A stretch of DNA of 64,000 nucleotides. It comes from a phage. Both the position numbers and the translations under genes were made by a program. Shown here piece after piece: positions 9,634-19,404 of this stretch. Location: the sequence record PZ445432.1; one strand, 5' to 3'. The notes under the pieces are model-generated. The model had not been told where the DNA came from, did no database searches, and saw nothing but the letters and a program-made list of their open reading frames with translations. The stretch's first letter is position 1. Every line of letters begins with the position of its first letter.

Positions 9634-10605
9634 TTAATCGTATACTCGCTCTACTATGCACGGGATTACACCACCAGCACGAATCACTCGAATCTGGCAA
9701 CCGATCTCTAGATCGAGAGAGTTAATATAATCAACGTTATTAAGAGTTGCTTTAACAATTGTAGCATCATCAATAATTACCGGTTCAAAATAACCAACTG
9801 GAGTTACTTTACCCGAAGCCCCCACCTGCCATTCAACTTTAGTAAGAGTTGTAATCTCGCCTTCTTCATCCTCTTTAATAGCGAATGCTCCACGAGGGAA
9901 TTTATTAGTCCAGCCTTCACGGAAGAATTTGTTGTTATCATTAATACGAACAACTTTACCGTCCGTCGGAATCCATTTAAAGAAGGAACGCACATTAACA
10001 ACTGTTAAGAAGTTCTCATTCTCCAGCCAAAGCATATCTTTTAAGTATGATTCTGTAATACCTACAGATTCAGCAGAACACTGGATACCATATGCAACGA
10101 AGATTAAACCACCTTCCCCAATGCGTTGTACGAAATCATCACTATCTTTGAGGTTAATAGCACCAGAGGCAAAGTTACGTTTATTTTCTACTTCTTTTGT
10201 AATTAGAACTTCACCAGTTATTTGAGTAGGTACTTTTTGGGAAATCTTTTTAGGAATATTCAGCAATCTTACGTTGCTTGTGACATCATTCCCTAGAATA
10301 CCGTTACCACGAGTTAGTGCTTGAACAAATTCGCCGTTAATATACAGCAGAGAAATTGCACAACCATCTAACTTATCGGTTTCCACCTGACCTAAAGGAT
10401 TGAATGGTGGTTTATCACCACGGTTATAGTAAACTTTCTGTAAAGAATACATACGATATAGATGTGGAATATCACCCTTAGGCCCGATCTCTTCCTCTAA
10501 TGGGAAGCGTTTTACCAGACGATCATATTCTTCATCAGAGATTAAAGACATTCCCTGGTAATATGCTTCTTGGCAACGTTTAATAAAGTCTTTTACATTA
10601 GTCAT
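9634..10605 (-). CDS. ligA: NAD-dependent DNA ligase, N-terminal adenylation/OB subunit
   Basis: KLDG adenylation motif (KLDGCAISLLY) and an OB-fold-like C-terminus (IRVIRAGGVIP). Confidence 0.8.
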   Translation of the reverse strand: MTNVKDFIKRCQEAYYQGMSLISDEEYDRLVKRFPLEEEIGPKGDIPHLYRMYSLQKVYYNRGDKPPFNPLGQVETDKLDGCAISLLYINGEFVQALTRGNGILGNDVTSNVRLLNIPKKISQKVPTQITGEVLITKEVENKRNFASGAINLKDSDDFVQRIGEGGLIFVAYGIQCSAESVGITESYLKDMLWLENENFLTVVNVRSFFKWIPTDGKVVRINDNNKFFREGWTNKFPRGAFAIKEDEEGEITTLTKVEWQVGASGKVTPVGYFEPVIIDDATIVKATLNNVDYINSLDLEIGCQIRVIRAGGVIPCIVERVYD

Positions 10606-10878
10606 TTATTCTGCCTCATAGTACGTGGGTTGTCTGGTAGATCCGTGCCACGTATAATTTTTGCAAAGATGCAAATATGTAGTTTTTACTAGCCTATCCG
10701 ATAATGGAGAGTATATTTCAGCTATTAATACTTCTTTTTCGTAATAAAGTGAAATCAGTTTATACCCAGCTCTAGTTTTAGTATACTTTTCCCCATTAAT
10801 CTTTTCCTCCCACATGAGTATGAGAGGCTGTCCGATATATGGAAAAGGTTTAAGTGTACTTATATGTATCTTTTTCAC
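10606..10878 (-). CDS. hypothetical protein
   Basis: 90-aa ORF immediately upstream of, and co-directional with, the ligase adenylation ORF. Confidence 0.45.
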   Translation of the reverse strand: MKKIHISTLKPFPYIGQPLILMWEEKINGEKYTKTRAGYKLISLYYEKEVLIAEIYSPLSDRLVKTTYLHLCKNYTWHGSTRQPTYYEAE

Positions 10879-10908
10879 TTTGCAACCCTCTCATTAATTT
10901 ATATAAAT

Positions 10909-10937
10909 ATTATATAACAAAACTGAGTTGAAAGCAA
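10909..10937 (-). promoter_or_regulatory. sigma70-like promoter
   Basis: Reverse complement gives TTGCTT, 17 nt, TATAAT, then the ATAAATTAATGAGAGG leader. Confidence 0.5.
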
Positions 10938-10964
10938 ATACATTTATAAAGAAAAAGCCAAGAA

Positions 10965-11273
10965 CTAGGCATTCTTGGCTTTGAGTTCTTCAGCTCGTTT
11001 CTGTACTTCATGTAAAACCTCAGATTCGCTAAGAATCTGTGTAAACGCATAGAAAAGCTGTGATGTTGTTTCTAGGGTGTAAGGAAAAGAGAAGCCAGAT
11101 TTCGTTGGAAACCATTCATCATTAATATCAAGAAGCCAGTAACGAATACCCATGTATAGATTCCCACGAAATTCAGATACTGTTAATCTTACTTGTTCCC
11201 CCTCCCTCTCCCAAAGTATGATGGACTGGTCATCAACGTGTCCTTCATAGTTTTGATTTACCTGTTCGCTCAT
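10965..11273 (-). CDS. hypothetical protein
   Basis: 102-aa ORF; a terminator-like hairpin overlaps its 3' end. Confidence 0.45.
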   Translation of the reverse strand: MSEQVNQNYEGHVDDQSIILWEREGEQVRLTVSEFRGNLYMGIRYWLLDINDEWFPTKSGFSFPYTLETTSQLFYAFTQILSESEVLHEVQKRAEELKAKNA

Positions 11274-11289
11274 TTACATATCCCAAATA

Positions 11290-11315
11290 CACAAAAAGCC
11301 CCATATAGGGGCTAA
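11290..11315 (-). terminator. rho-independent terminator (minus strand)
   Basis: AGCCCC-TATAT-GGGGCT hairpin followed by a T-run on the minus strand. Confidence 0.5.
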
Positions 11316-11323
11316 TTGTTTTC

Positions 11324-11620
11324 TTATCGGCCTACTGGAGAAGCACGATCTAACTCTGATTGGAGGCTAGTCACACGACGAACTTTCTCAACAGGAATAA
11401 AACGGAAGCTATCATTAGTACGAGAGAAGACAAGGATTTCGTCATCTTTTGGTTGACGGATACGTTCGCGTTTAATACGCTCCGCCAGATATTTATCTTG
11501 GGCCGGATCAAATTCCATTGTACCCTGAAGATATGTGGTTCCTTTCTGACGAAGTTTCTCGTAATGAAGATAAAACTCACCAAATTTTTCACACTGTGCA
11601 ATAATTTCAGCTTTAGTCAT
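11324..11620 (-). CDS. hypothetical protein
   Basis: 98-aa ORF. Confidence 0.45.
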   Translation of the reverse strand: MTKAEIIAQCEKFGEFYLHYEKLRQKGTTYLQGTMEFDPAQDKYLAERIKRERIRQPKDDEILVFSRTNDSFRFIPVEKVRRVTSLQSELDRASPVGR

Positions 11621-11656
11621 AGCTATAGTTCCTTTTGTTGGTGGATTTATCTAAAA

Positions 11657-12067
11657 TTATTTAGTGATGGCTCGAATTGCTTCTGCCAGATGAGCAGCCG
11701 CTTTACCGGTCAGTTTGTCGATAATTGCATCATCCAGAAAATCTGGTGCTAAGCCAGCGTCAGAGAATGCTGAGCGAAGGTCAGCATGAGCTTGGGCTTT
11801 GGAGGTACGAGAACCACCAGAGGCTTTTTCTGCAGTAGATGCGCTAGATTTAGAAGCAGAGCCAGCAGCTTTCTTGATATACACACCTGCTTTAGTCAGC
11901 TTCATACGAAAACCGTTCGGAGTTACACCATTTTCCTGGGCAATTTCGCTAACAATTTCCATGCTAACATTCGGACGTTCATCCTCTGGGAATTGCTCCA
12001 TACGAGCAACGTATTCGGAAGACATTTTTTCGAACAGTTCATCAGTCCACTGAGTTGGAGTAGTCAT
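11657..12067 (-). CDS. hypothetical protein (Ala/Ser-rich C-terminus)
   Basis: 136-aa ORF downstream of the promoter at 12125-12153. Confidence 0.45.
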   Translation of the reverse strand: MTTPTQWTDELFEKMSSEYVARMEQFPEDERPNVSMEIVSEIAQENGVTPNGFRMKLTKAGVYIKKAAGSASKSSASTAEKASGGSRTSKAQAHADLRSAFSDAGLAPDFLDDAIIDKLTGKAAAHLAEAIRAITK

Positions 12068-12124
12068 ATTTTATATTTCCTTAATTAAGAATTAAACAGA
12101 ATAGTTCTTTCAAACTATGAGAAT

Positions 12125-12153
12125 ATTATATCAAGAATTATAGGATTAAGCAA
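12125..12153 (-). promoter_or_regulatory. sigma70-like promoter
   Basis: Reverse complement gives TTGCTT, 17 nt, TATAAT. Confidence 0.5.
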
Positions 12154-12170
12154 CTGAAATTTTTAAGTAG

Positions 12171-12446
12171 TTACTCCACCAGGCCAACAGCGAGCATATC
12201 ATCAATGCTGGCAACCTCCCAATCGTCCGCAATAGCTTCGCATACTGTTAATGAAACAACCTCGCTATATGGATAGTTACCGGCTACCCAGGTATGCTGA
12301 GTAGCTACATCTGAGTCAGCATCTAAAGTTAATAACACTAAGCCGTTATTATCGTTATCCCAGCTTCTACGATATAGCGTTTTTACTTCCCCATCTTTAA
12401 GTAAATCAGTTAGTCTACTCACTACGTTTTCCTTTTTCTTTATCAA
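12171..12446 (-). CDS. hypothetical protein
   Basis: 91-aa acidic ORF. Confidence 0.45.
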   Translation of the reverse strand: MIKKKENVVSRLTDLLKDGEVKTLYRRSWDNDNNGLVLLTLDADSDVATQHTWVAGNYPYSEVVSLTVCEAIADDWEVASIDDMLAVGLVE

Positions 12447-13119
12447 GTTTCAAGGCAGCCTTAACAGCTTCGTTAATCAGTGTGATAACTTCTTCCCGGG
12501 ACCATTTATACCCCAGAGATTTTACGTCTACCCCCAGCTTTTCCAGATGCTTTACAGAAGCCAATTCATAATTCATATAATGAACGTTCTGTTGTTTGCC
12601 TTCTGATAGAAGCCATACACGGTAGCAACCAACAGGATTATCCATTGCTTTTTTGATTTCACCGATACACTGGTATCCAGGAACCCAAACAAGCTCACCT
12701 ACCTCAAATTCTTCTGCTACAGCATCATCAGGAATAATTGGTGGATTCAATGGATCTACAATATCATTCAAACGAAGCAGAGCACCATATCGTTCCAGAA
12801 CAGATTTAACCATTGCTACAGAGCGGTAATTACGATCGGCAATCTCTTCAAAAGAATCGCCAGATAGATACTGTTCAATAACGTTGGCTAACTCAATACC
12901 TTCAATGAGTGTACCACGTTTCTTTTTCTTCATTTCGGCAACTTGAATCTGGCGGTCTTGCCACTCTTCAATCATCCTTTCCATAGTTGGATTGGATGAT
13001 ACACCGAGCATTTCACATGCTGCTTTCTTAGTACCACCGTTCTCCAGATGCTCTATAACTTTTTTAAAGACTTCATCCGGGATTTCATGGATGTGTTTCT
13101 TTCTGCGAGAACCAGCCAT
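12415..13119 (-). CDS. HTH-domain DNA-binding protein
   Basis: N-terminal helix-turn-helix-like segment (GGTKKAACEMLGVS); 234 aa. Confidence 0.5.
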   Translation of the reverse strand: MAGSRRKKHIHEIPDEVFKKVIEHLENGGTKKAACEMLGVSSNPTMERMIEEWQDRQIQVAEMKKKKRGTLIEGIELANVIEQYLSGDSFEEIADRNYRSVAMVKSVLERYGALLRLNDIVDPLNPPIIPDDAVAEEFEVGELVWVPGYQCIGEIKKAMDNPVGCYRVWLLSEGKQQNVHYMNYELASVKHLEKLGVDVKSLGYKWSREEVITLINEAVKAALKLDKEKGKRSE

Positions 13120-13150
13120 ATTTAAACTCCTCTCTCAAATTTATGAATCT

Positions 13151-13179
13151 ATTATACAGAAAAATTTTCCTGAAAGCAA
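13151..13179 (-). promoter_or_regulatory. sigma70-like promoter
   Basis: Reverse complement gives TTGCTT, 17 nt, TATAAT. Confidence 0.5.
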
Positions 13180-13188
13180 ATAAATTTT

Positions 13189-13431
13189 TTATGATTCTTT
13201 GAGCAAAGAAGAAAGTTCAGCATATACTTTATCTAACTCAAACCCTATGCGAAGAGATACGTTAGTCCTCCGTTGTTTAAGTAACCACTCGGATATGTTA
13301 GGGATGCCAGCTAGTCTAGCAGGAACCACCCTACATAGCTTCTCCGAAGTATCATAAACAGGGACTTTACGTTCTTTTACTGGAAACTTCCTTGTTTCCC
13401 ATTTTTTATTCTTCACTGTCATTTCTAGCAC
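13189..13431 (-). CDS. hypothetical protein
   Basis: 80-aa ORF overlapping the stop of the large ATPase gene. Confidence 0.4.
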   Translation of the reverse strand: MLEMTVKNKKWETRKFPVKERKVPVYDTSEKLCRVVPARLAGIPNISEWLLKQRRTNVSLRIGFELDKVYAELSSLLKES

Positions 13432-16195
13432 CTAGCTCTGACATTGCTTCTTCTGCCATAGCCTTCTCTTCCTCTGTCATGAATTTGAAAGGAATTGGCA
13501 TACACTCGATTTTACAATAGGTTCTGTACCAGTCTACGATATTCTCCGTGTTCATATCTTTACCAATACCCATCATACCAAGATACATTCTAGCATATTT
13601 TGGGTTAGCACTCTGGCCTGTTTTAAGGAAGAAATCCTTTTTCTTACCTTTTAGAGCTTCTATGAATGGTTTAATGGTTACATTTGAACACTTCTTAATG
13701 TCTTCCCAGAACATCTCGTGCATCTTATGAAAGAATGCAGCTCGATCATTTGGTTTATCTTTGATATATTGTTCAACATGCTCAACTGTTACATCTTTAA
13801 TAGACTCAAGATGATAATAGCGAACAATAAGTAGTTTAGCTTCATACGCATCAGCATGACGTGGAGCACAATAATCCGGAGTTGAATGTAGAATAGCTTT
13901 GATTCGCTCTTCTGTGTACTCTTTACCAGCACCTTCAATAGTTCCCCAGCTTTCACTGAAAATATCAATAGTTGCACCCTGATCAAGCAAGTAATAACGT
14001 AAAGTACTAGTATAGTTCCTAGATTCCAGCTCCCTGCGACGTGCGTATAATTGCTGTGCTAACTCCAGCCAACCCTCATCAATGTTATACTGTTCAGAAC
14101 CTGCGGAGAATCCACTCGTAGATTTATCAATAAAATAATAAATGTTCTGAGCGCCACGGTCGCGCCTGATTGCTTGGAAACGCATGTTTGGCGCTTGATT
14201 ACTGGTTCTAGTAATAACAAATACGTTATCAAAATAGTTGAAGTCAACTCCACTCGTTACGGATGGACTACATAATAAGCAATCAATTTGTTGATCAATT
14301 AGCTCATTAGTTGTGTAATCCAGAATACGTCTAATATCCACATCTGATGTGGAGTTTGAGTGGATTTCCTTAACTAACGCACCAGTATTACGACGTAGTG
14401 CCATGCCCTTCTCATTCAGCTCATCAGGGCCACAATCAGATACTAGAATAGATTTCTCACCCATCTCTAGAGAAGTCTGAAGTGCAACCCAAATACTGGA
14501 TTCATCGGGGAACTCATAAGCGTGAGCTTTTGACAGCATTTTACGGTGATGATTATAAAATGCTACTGGTTTATCGAACTCAATCAAAGAACCATATGCT
14601 TCAATTGTTTCAGCACTAATATCACCATCGGATAGTATAATGATTTTTGCAGTTGCAAGAATATCACGAAGAACCTGAATACACTCGCGACGTTGCTTAA
14701 CAACTGGGGCGAATAATAGGTCATTCATTACTGCATCACATTCATCGATAAAGATTGCATCAATTTGACCAATAAAACTCTTAAACTTATGTAAAGAGTG
14801 GATAGTTGTGGACATACGGTCAATAGCACCACGCTTAAAATTAAGCATATCTACAGACTTATCATATTGTCCTGCACTAAATTTCTTGGCATTTGAAGAC
14901 ACCAGTGCCCTAGTATTGGTAATTGCTAAGAAATTACCTTTAATAACTCCTGAATCTAACCAACGCACAACTGCCGTGGTTTTACCTGTACCTAGACTTG
15001 CTTTTACAAAAGTCATATAACCTTCTGGTGGTACAGTGTTTAATTTCAAGAAGTTATCAGTTTCTAGAGAATTAGTTTCTAATTTTTTAAGTGGAACACC
15101 TTTTAATACTTCTGGGATCTCACGCTTAGAGTTATTAACAAAGGCTTTTAATGCCTGTTTTCGACCGTTATTAAAATAATCTTGAATATTACGACTATTA
15201 TCTTTAGTTGCAATATACTCAGATAAAGCTGGGCGGATCTCCTTCTCTAGCCAACCAAAATCTACACCATCCTCTAACGCTCGGTGATATAGCTTTGGAA
15301 TAATACGTAGATATACACCATCCTCAGCCTCTTCTAACTCGCTAATGGTTTCTTCTACTTTATCAGAAGCAATCTTTTTGCCTTTAATTTGATCGAGTAA
15401 AGAGTAGAATTCCTCTTTAAACTCCCCTCTAGTTGTTTCATAGTCAACCAGATTATTAGGTAAATTTACTTTAGAACCCTTAACAAATACCAGACGTGAA
15501 GCACCCTCCGCTTTAAACGGATCAACTATACCATCAGTAAATAAAGGATCTGCAAAGTAATGGAGCTGTACGGAAGAGTAATAAGCTAAGTCGGCAATAT
15601 CAAAGCCATACTTTTGTCTACTACTTTCATTGATAGATGTAAATAAGAACTTGATCTGACCCTGTGTAACTTTAACATTAGATTCTAGTATTAAGTGCAT
15701 TCGGATACCTGGTTTTAGTCCAGCCGAAGACGATGCATGAGCAATAAACCCTGCATCAAGAGGAAACATATCCTCACTAATACTATTCAACATTCTAATA
15801 ATATGACGCGCCATGCCAACAAGATCAAACTTGTTACAACCTCCTGTATCTACAATACCATCCACGTCCATTGCAATTATATGACTTGGGTTAGATACAT
15901 TAAAGTTGTCCTTCTTACGCCGCACATTATTTTTAGGTGCAAGACATCGACCTCGTACCGCAACGATATGGGGGTCAGACGTTAAACGTCTCATAAGAGG
16001 GAGCATTTCTACTAGGGTTTGAGGATCAACTTCATCAATTACATCAAACTTGAAGGGCATTGAAGCTGGTTTACCTTCAGGATGCTTTGAGGAAAATCTT
16101 TTAGCAAAAAGATAATCTTCTGCTTTAACTTCTCGCCAATTGCCCGTGGCTAAATCGCGATGAAATCCTGCATGACCTTGTAGGATTGAGAACAC
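13406..16195 (-). CDS. large P-loop ATPase, putative replication-initiation/helicase-like protein
   Basis: Walker A ASLGTGKTT and Walker B FIDECD. Start set at a GTG preceded by AGGAG; the track ORF extends to 16393 and an internal ATG lies at 16060. Confidence 0.6.
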   Translation of the reverse strand: MFSILQGHAGFHRDLATGNWREVKAEDYLFAKRFSSKHPEGKPASMPFKFDVIDEVDPQTLVEMLPLMRRLTSDPHIVAVRGRCLAPKNNVRRKKDNFNVSNPSHIIAMDVDGIVDTGGCNKFDLVGMARHIIRMLNSISEDMFPLDAGFIAHASSSAGLKPGIRMHLILESNVKVTQGQIKFLFTSINESSRQKYGFDIADLAYYSSVQLHYFADPLFTDGIVDPFKAEGASRLVFVKGSKVNLPNNLVDYETTRGEFKEEFYSLLDQIKGKKIASDKVEETISELEEAEDGVYLRIIPKLYHRALEDGVDFGWLEKEIRPALSEYIATKDNSRNIQDYFNNGRKQALKAFVNNSKREIPEVLKGVPLKKLETNSLETDNFLKLNTVPPEGYMTFVKASLGTGKTTAVVRWLDSGVIKGNFLAITNTRALVSSNAKKFSAGQYDKSVDMLNFKRGAIDRMSTTIHSLHKFKSFIGQIDAIFIDECDAVMNDLLFAPVVKQRRECIQVLRDILATAKIIILSDGDISAETIEAYGSLIEFDKPVAFYNHHRKMLSKAHAYEFPDESSIWVALQTSLEMGEKSILVSDCGPDELNEKGMALRRNTGALVKEIHSNSTSDVDIRRILDYTTNELIDQQIDCLLCSPSVTSGVDFNYFDNVFVITRTSNQAPNMRFQAIRRDRGAQNIYYFIDKSTSGFSAGSEQYNIDEGWLELAQQLYARRRELESRNYTSTLRYYLLDQGATIDIFSESWGTIEGAGKEYTEERIKAILHSTPDYCAPRHADAYEAKLLIVRYYHLESIKDVTVEHVEQYIKDKPNDRAAFFHKMHEMFWEDIKKCSNVTIKPFIEALKGKKKDFFLKTGQSANPKYARMYLGMMGIGKDMNTENIVDWYRTYCKIECMPIPFKFMTEEEKAMAEEAMSELGARNDSEE

Positions 16196-16791
16196 AACAA
16201 TACTCCTGTGTTGGAAATGAAATAAGTTTTCTTTAGGACTATTCAGAAAGAATAGAACAACTGTTACTGTCAATTTCTCAACAATTAATCGCAAATACTG
16301 AAGTGGGGTGGCAACTTCCACTTTCACGCTGCGCTGCTGCCTCATTATACCGCACAAATCCTTGAGGATGGCCGCTAAGCCGGATTTGCTCACCTAATGC
16401 TTCATATACTAGCTCATACTAGATGCAATATAACTTACAGAATCACGTCTCGGTAGTTTTTCACTCCTCCCATCTCACTTCACAACCACCTCATACTAGG
16501 TTGCTTCGAGGCCTTACCAGGGTTCCTATGGGACGCAGATCGCTAAGTATTCTATTAACTATTTGTTTAAAAACTAACACGTAACAGTTAAAACAACCCT
16601 TAATGGGGCAGCCTAACTGTTCCGTATCGCGGATTGTAAACAAGAAAAAACTTTTTCGTAAAGCTCTAGCAACGTACCTTATGCAGCTATTTACGGGTCA
16701 TCGATTCCTCTCGCCGTAAATCCATTGTCAGCTTCACTAAGAAAAATTAGCAAAATCAATTTTTACTAATGTCTCTCAATTCAATATAAAT

Positions 16792-16820
16792 ATTATAGCA
16801 AGATTTTGAGCATCATGCAA
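16792..16820 (-). promoter_or_regulatory. sigma70-like promoter
   Basis: Reverse complement gives TTGCAT, 17 nt, TATAAT; would give a leader of roughly 400-600 nt before the large ATPase gene. Confidence 0.45.
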
Positions 16821-16896
16821 GTAAATTTTTAAGGAGAATGCTATCAGTGTCTTTGAGCACAGTGAAAACCGAGCCAAAATGACTCGGTTATGTGGA

Positions 16897-17091
16897 TTAG
16901 ACACTTAAAATACTTCTAATCTCTTCTATATACTTATCTACTTTTTTAGCATCTATTTTACTTAGTTTTCCTATATCAAAATCAGGATCAGTCAAATATC
17001 TTGCCATAAATTTTACTTGTTTAGCTGAAAGTTGACCCTTATTCCACTTTTTAATTTTACCATAACATACCCAATATTCTTTATTCATCAT
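16897..17091 (-). CDS. hypothetical protein
   Basis: 64-aa basic ORF. Confidence 0.4.
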   Translation of the reverse strand: MMNKEYWVCYGKIKKWNKGQLSAKQVKFMARYLTDPDFDIGKLSKIDAKKVDKYIEEIRSILSV

Positions 17092-17473
17092 TTAGTCCCG
17101 AAACATAAATCCCAACACGGTTTAATTGTTCTTTGGCTTCTTTGAGAATATCTGGAGTGTACTCCCAAATATCATCTTCCACCTGTAAAAGATGGGGCGA
17201 ACAACCGTCATCGGGCACACGACATATGGCCAAACCACGTGGATGGAACAAAGAGAAATTTAGTGCAACAATTAAACCCATAGCAGACAACTCATTCCAA
17301 TCCAATTCCCATTCCCTAGCGTAGCCTGATAGGAAAACACCAATACAGGGATCGTCTATTTGCTGCTCCGGAAAAGTAAAGGAGGCTTGTCTTACCCCCA
17401 ACCAACGTTGTAGCAGCTTCTCCGCACGCTTCACCAAACTAGGATCAATCTGACGCCAATATACTTGTTCCAT
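17081..17473 (-). CDS. hypothetical protein, paralog A of a tandem pair
   Basis: Shares PCIG ... W.ELD.MGL..ALN..LF.P with the adjacent 17483-17911 ORF. Confidence 0.5.
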   Translation of the reverse strand: MEQVYWRQIDPSLVKRAEKLLQRWLGVRQASFTFPEQQIDDPCIGVFLSGYAREWELDWNELSAMGLIVALNFSLFHPRGLAICRVPDDGCSPHLLQVEDDIWEYTPDILKEAKEQLNRVGIYVSGLNDE

Positions 17474-17482
17474 TGTGCCACC

Positions 17483-17911
17483 TTAGGCAGTTAAACCAGG
17501 AATTTGATAACCAAAACGACGAAGTTTCTGGATACCATCATTTACTTCTTCCGGTGAGTAAGACCAACCGTAATGTTCATCAACTTGAAAGCCAGGAGAT
17601 TCACTGGTTTTATAGTTAACAACAATACGGTGTTTATTGGGCATAAATAGCTTATAGTTTAATGCAAAAACCAACCCCATTTCATCCAGCTCTTTCCAGC
17701 CGACAATCTCTTCCAGACCATCCTCTACCTGCACAACTAGACCAATACACGGGGCCTCATCAATATCATCTTTAAAAGCAAAGGAGATTTCATTATTTTC
17801 ACACCATATTTTCAAGGAGTTAATAGTCTCATTATACAGGCTAGCTGGGAGAGTACGCCAGAAGTTAACCAAAATTGGATTAGCTTCTTTAGAGAATACA
17901 TTATTGAACAT
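17483..17911 (-). CDS. hypothetical protein, paralog B of a tandem pair
   Basis: Same conserved blocks as the 17081-17473 ORF. Confidence 0.5.
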   Translation of the reverse strand: MFNNVFSKEANPILVNFWRTLPASLYNETINSLKIWCENNEISFAFKDDIDEAPCIGLVVQVEDGLEEIVGWKELDEMGLVFALNYKLFMPNKHRIVVNYKTSESPGFQVDEHYGWSYSPEEVNDGIQKLRRFGYQIPGLTA

Positions 17912-17913
17912 AT

Positions 17914-18420
17914 TTACACCTTAAGTTGTTGTAGGGCTTTACACATTTCAAGATCTGGACTAAATTCTAGCATATAGCTAACAGCCATTAAATCTTGAAG
18001 GTTTATTCCAGTTCTACCGTTGACTATAACCGTTGGATACTGGTACATCATAGCACCAGCGTCATCCAGCACACACCAATGTTTGAGCTTATGCTTTTCA
18101 ACGAAGCGAAGAACAGAATTACCCCTAGATAGCCCACCACCAGTAAAATCCGTTGTACCAAGAAAACGATCAATAAGATCTAATCTGGTCATAATCTGAA
18201 CGTTCTCCATCTCATTCCTGACAGAGAACCATGAAGATACCCCAACAATCATTATTGGAGAAGGACGAATAAAGTCCTGAAAAGCCTTGAGAAGCGGCTT
18301 AAAAACCCAGTCACTTCCAAAGAAAATCTTTTCATCATCAGGTGCATGATGGTGGGAGATGCTCGAATTAAGCACCCCATCGATGTCTAGAAAAATAATT
18401 GGAGTATTACTTATTTCCAT
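17914..18420 (-). CDS. HAD-superfamily phosphatase-like protein
   Basis: N-terminal FLDIDGVL (HAD motif I, DxDx[TV]) and a later LDDAG segment. Confidence 0.55.
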   Translation of the reverse strand: MEISNTPIIFLDIDGVLNSSISHHHAPDDEKIFFGSDWVFKPLLKAFQDFIRPSPIMIVGVSSWFSVRNEMENVQIMTRLDLIDRFLGTTDFTGGGLSRGNSVLRFVEKHKLKHWCVLDDAGAMMYQYPTVIVNGRTGINLQDLMAVSYMLEFSPDLEMCKALQQLKV

Positions 18421-18589
18421 TTCTGTTCCTTTCTAAGAACGTATCATACTCAACCGTATCAACATATATGACACCATAGTCATCGGATTTATAGTCCATT
18501 TCCCATAGCTCACATCGATAGCACCAACTACCATCCGCCCATACAAATATATCATCGGGATGTGTATACACAGATTTAACTATGGACAT
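18407..18589 (-). CDS. hypothetical protein
   Basis: 60-aa ORF overlapping both neighbours. Confidence 0.35.
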   Translation of the reverse strand: MSIVKSVYTHPDDIFVWADGSWCYRCELWEMDYKSDDYGVIYVDTVEYDTFLERNRNGNK

Positions 18590-19404
18590 ATTTGTTTTCC
18601 CGGCATATAAGGTCTACCCTCTAGATGAGCTTCTACACGAGCAATAAAACCAGGATCACTGAAAGCATCTACTGCACCTTTACTCCAGTAAGGAATACCA
18701 CGATCTTCCAGTTGGTACATATCACTACGAGTCATACCTTGATAGCCTGGTTTCGACGCTAGGGCACTATCATAGTAGTTAACTACCATAAGTTTCGCAG
18801 CAGTCCGATTAAGAACAGGGAATAGTTCCCAGTAGAAGTTAATTACTTGGTTAGAGCAACCAACTACAACGATCATATCTTGACTGGTAATACCATCAAA
18901 AATATTGTACATTTCTGCGTACGCTGGAGCATGCTCACCAAAAAAGATTACATTAGGTTTAACCCATTTATAATCATCTGGGTCAATAGAGTTATACCCA
19001 ACATCAATAACCCGTTTATTACTACTATTGTAGCTATCAGCTACAACAACCTCTTTTAAATATCCGTGAATGTGCAGAATATCACTATGTGGAACGCCAG
19101 CACGCTCAATAAGGTCATCAACGTTGGTAGTCAAGTTTACTACTTGACCCGGATATTTCTTATACCATTCACCAATACGCAAGTGTGCAAGATTAGGTTC
19201 AACAGTTTCTAACTCTTCACGCCGCTTGTTGTAAAACATATGGGTTTTATGATAAAAGTTACCACGAAAGGCGTGAATATTACATACTTCTTCTAGATCA
19301 TAATCATCCCACAGTGCTTTACCACTAGCAGTATCGGTACGAAAAGCTCGTACACCACTTTCAACGCTCAAACCTGCACCGCTAATAATAATTAATCTAC
19401 GCAC
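18580..19404 (-). CDS. Sir2 (sirtuin)-family NAD-dependent enzyme
   Basis: SGAGLSVESGVRAFR, TTNVDDL, HG and PNVIFFGE sirtuin motifs; no zinc-ribbon CxxC pairs seen. Confidence 0.7.
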   Translation of the reverse strand: MRRLIIISGAGLSVESGVRAFRTDTASGKALWDDYDLEEVCNIHAFRGNFYHKTHMFYNKRREELETVEPNLAHLRIGEWYKKYPGQVVNLTTNVDDLIERAGVPHSDILHIHGYLKEVVVADSYNSSNKRVIDVGYNSIDPDDYKWVKPNVIFFGEHAPAYAEMYNIFDGITSQDMIVVVGCSNQVINFYWELFPVLNRTAAKLMVVNYYDSALASKPGYQGMTRSDMYQLEDRGIPYWSKGAVDAFSDPGFIARVEAHLEGRPYMPGKQICP

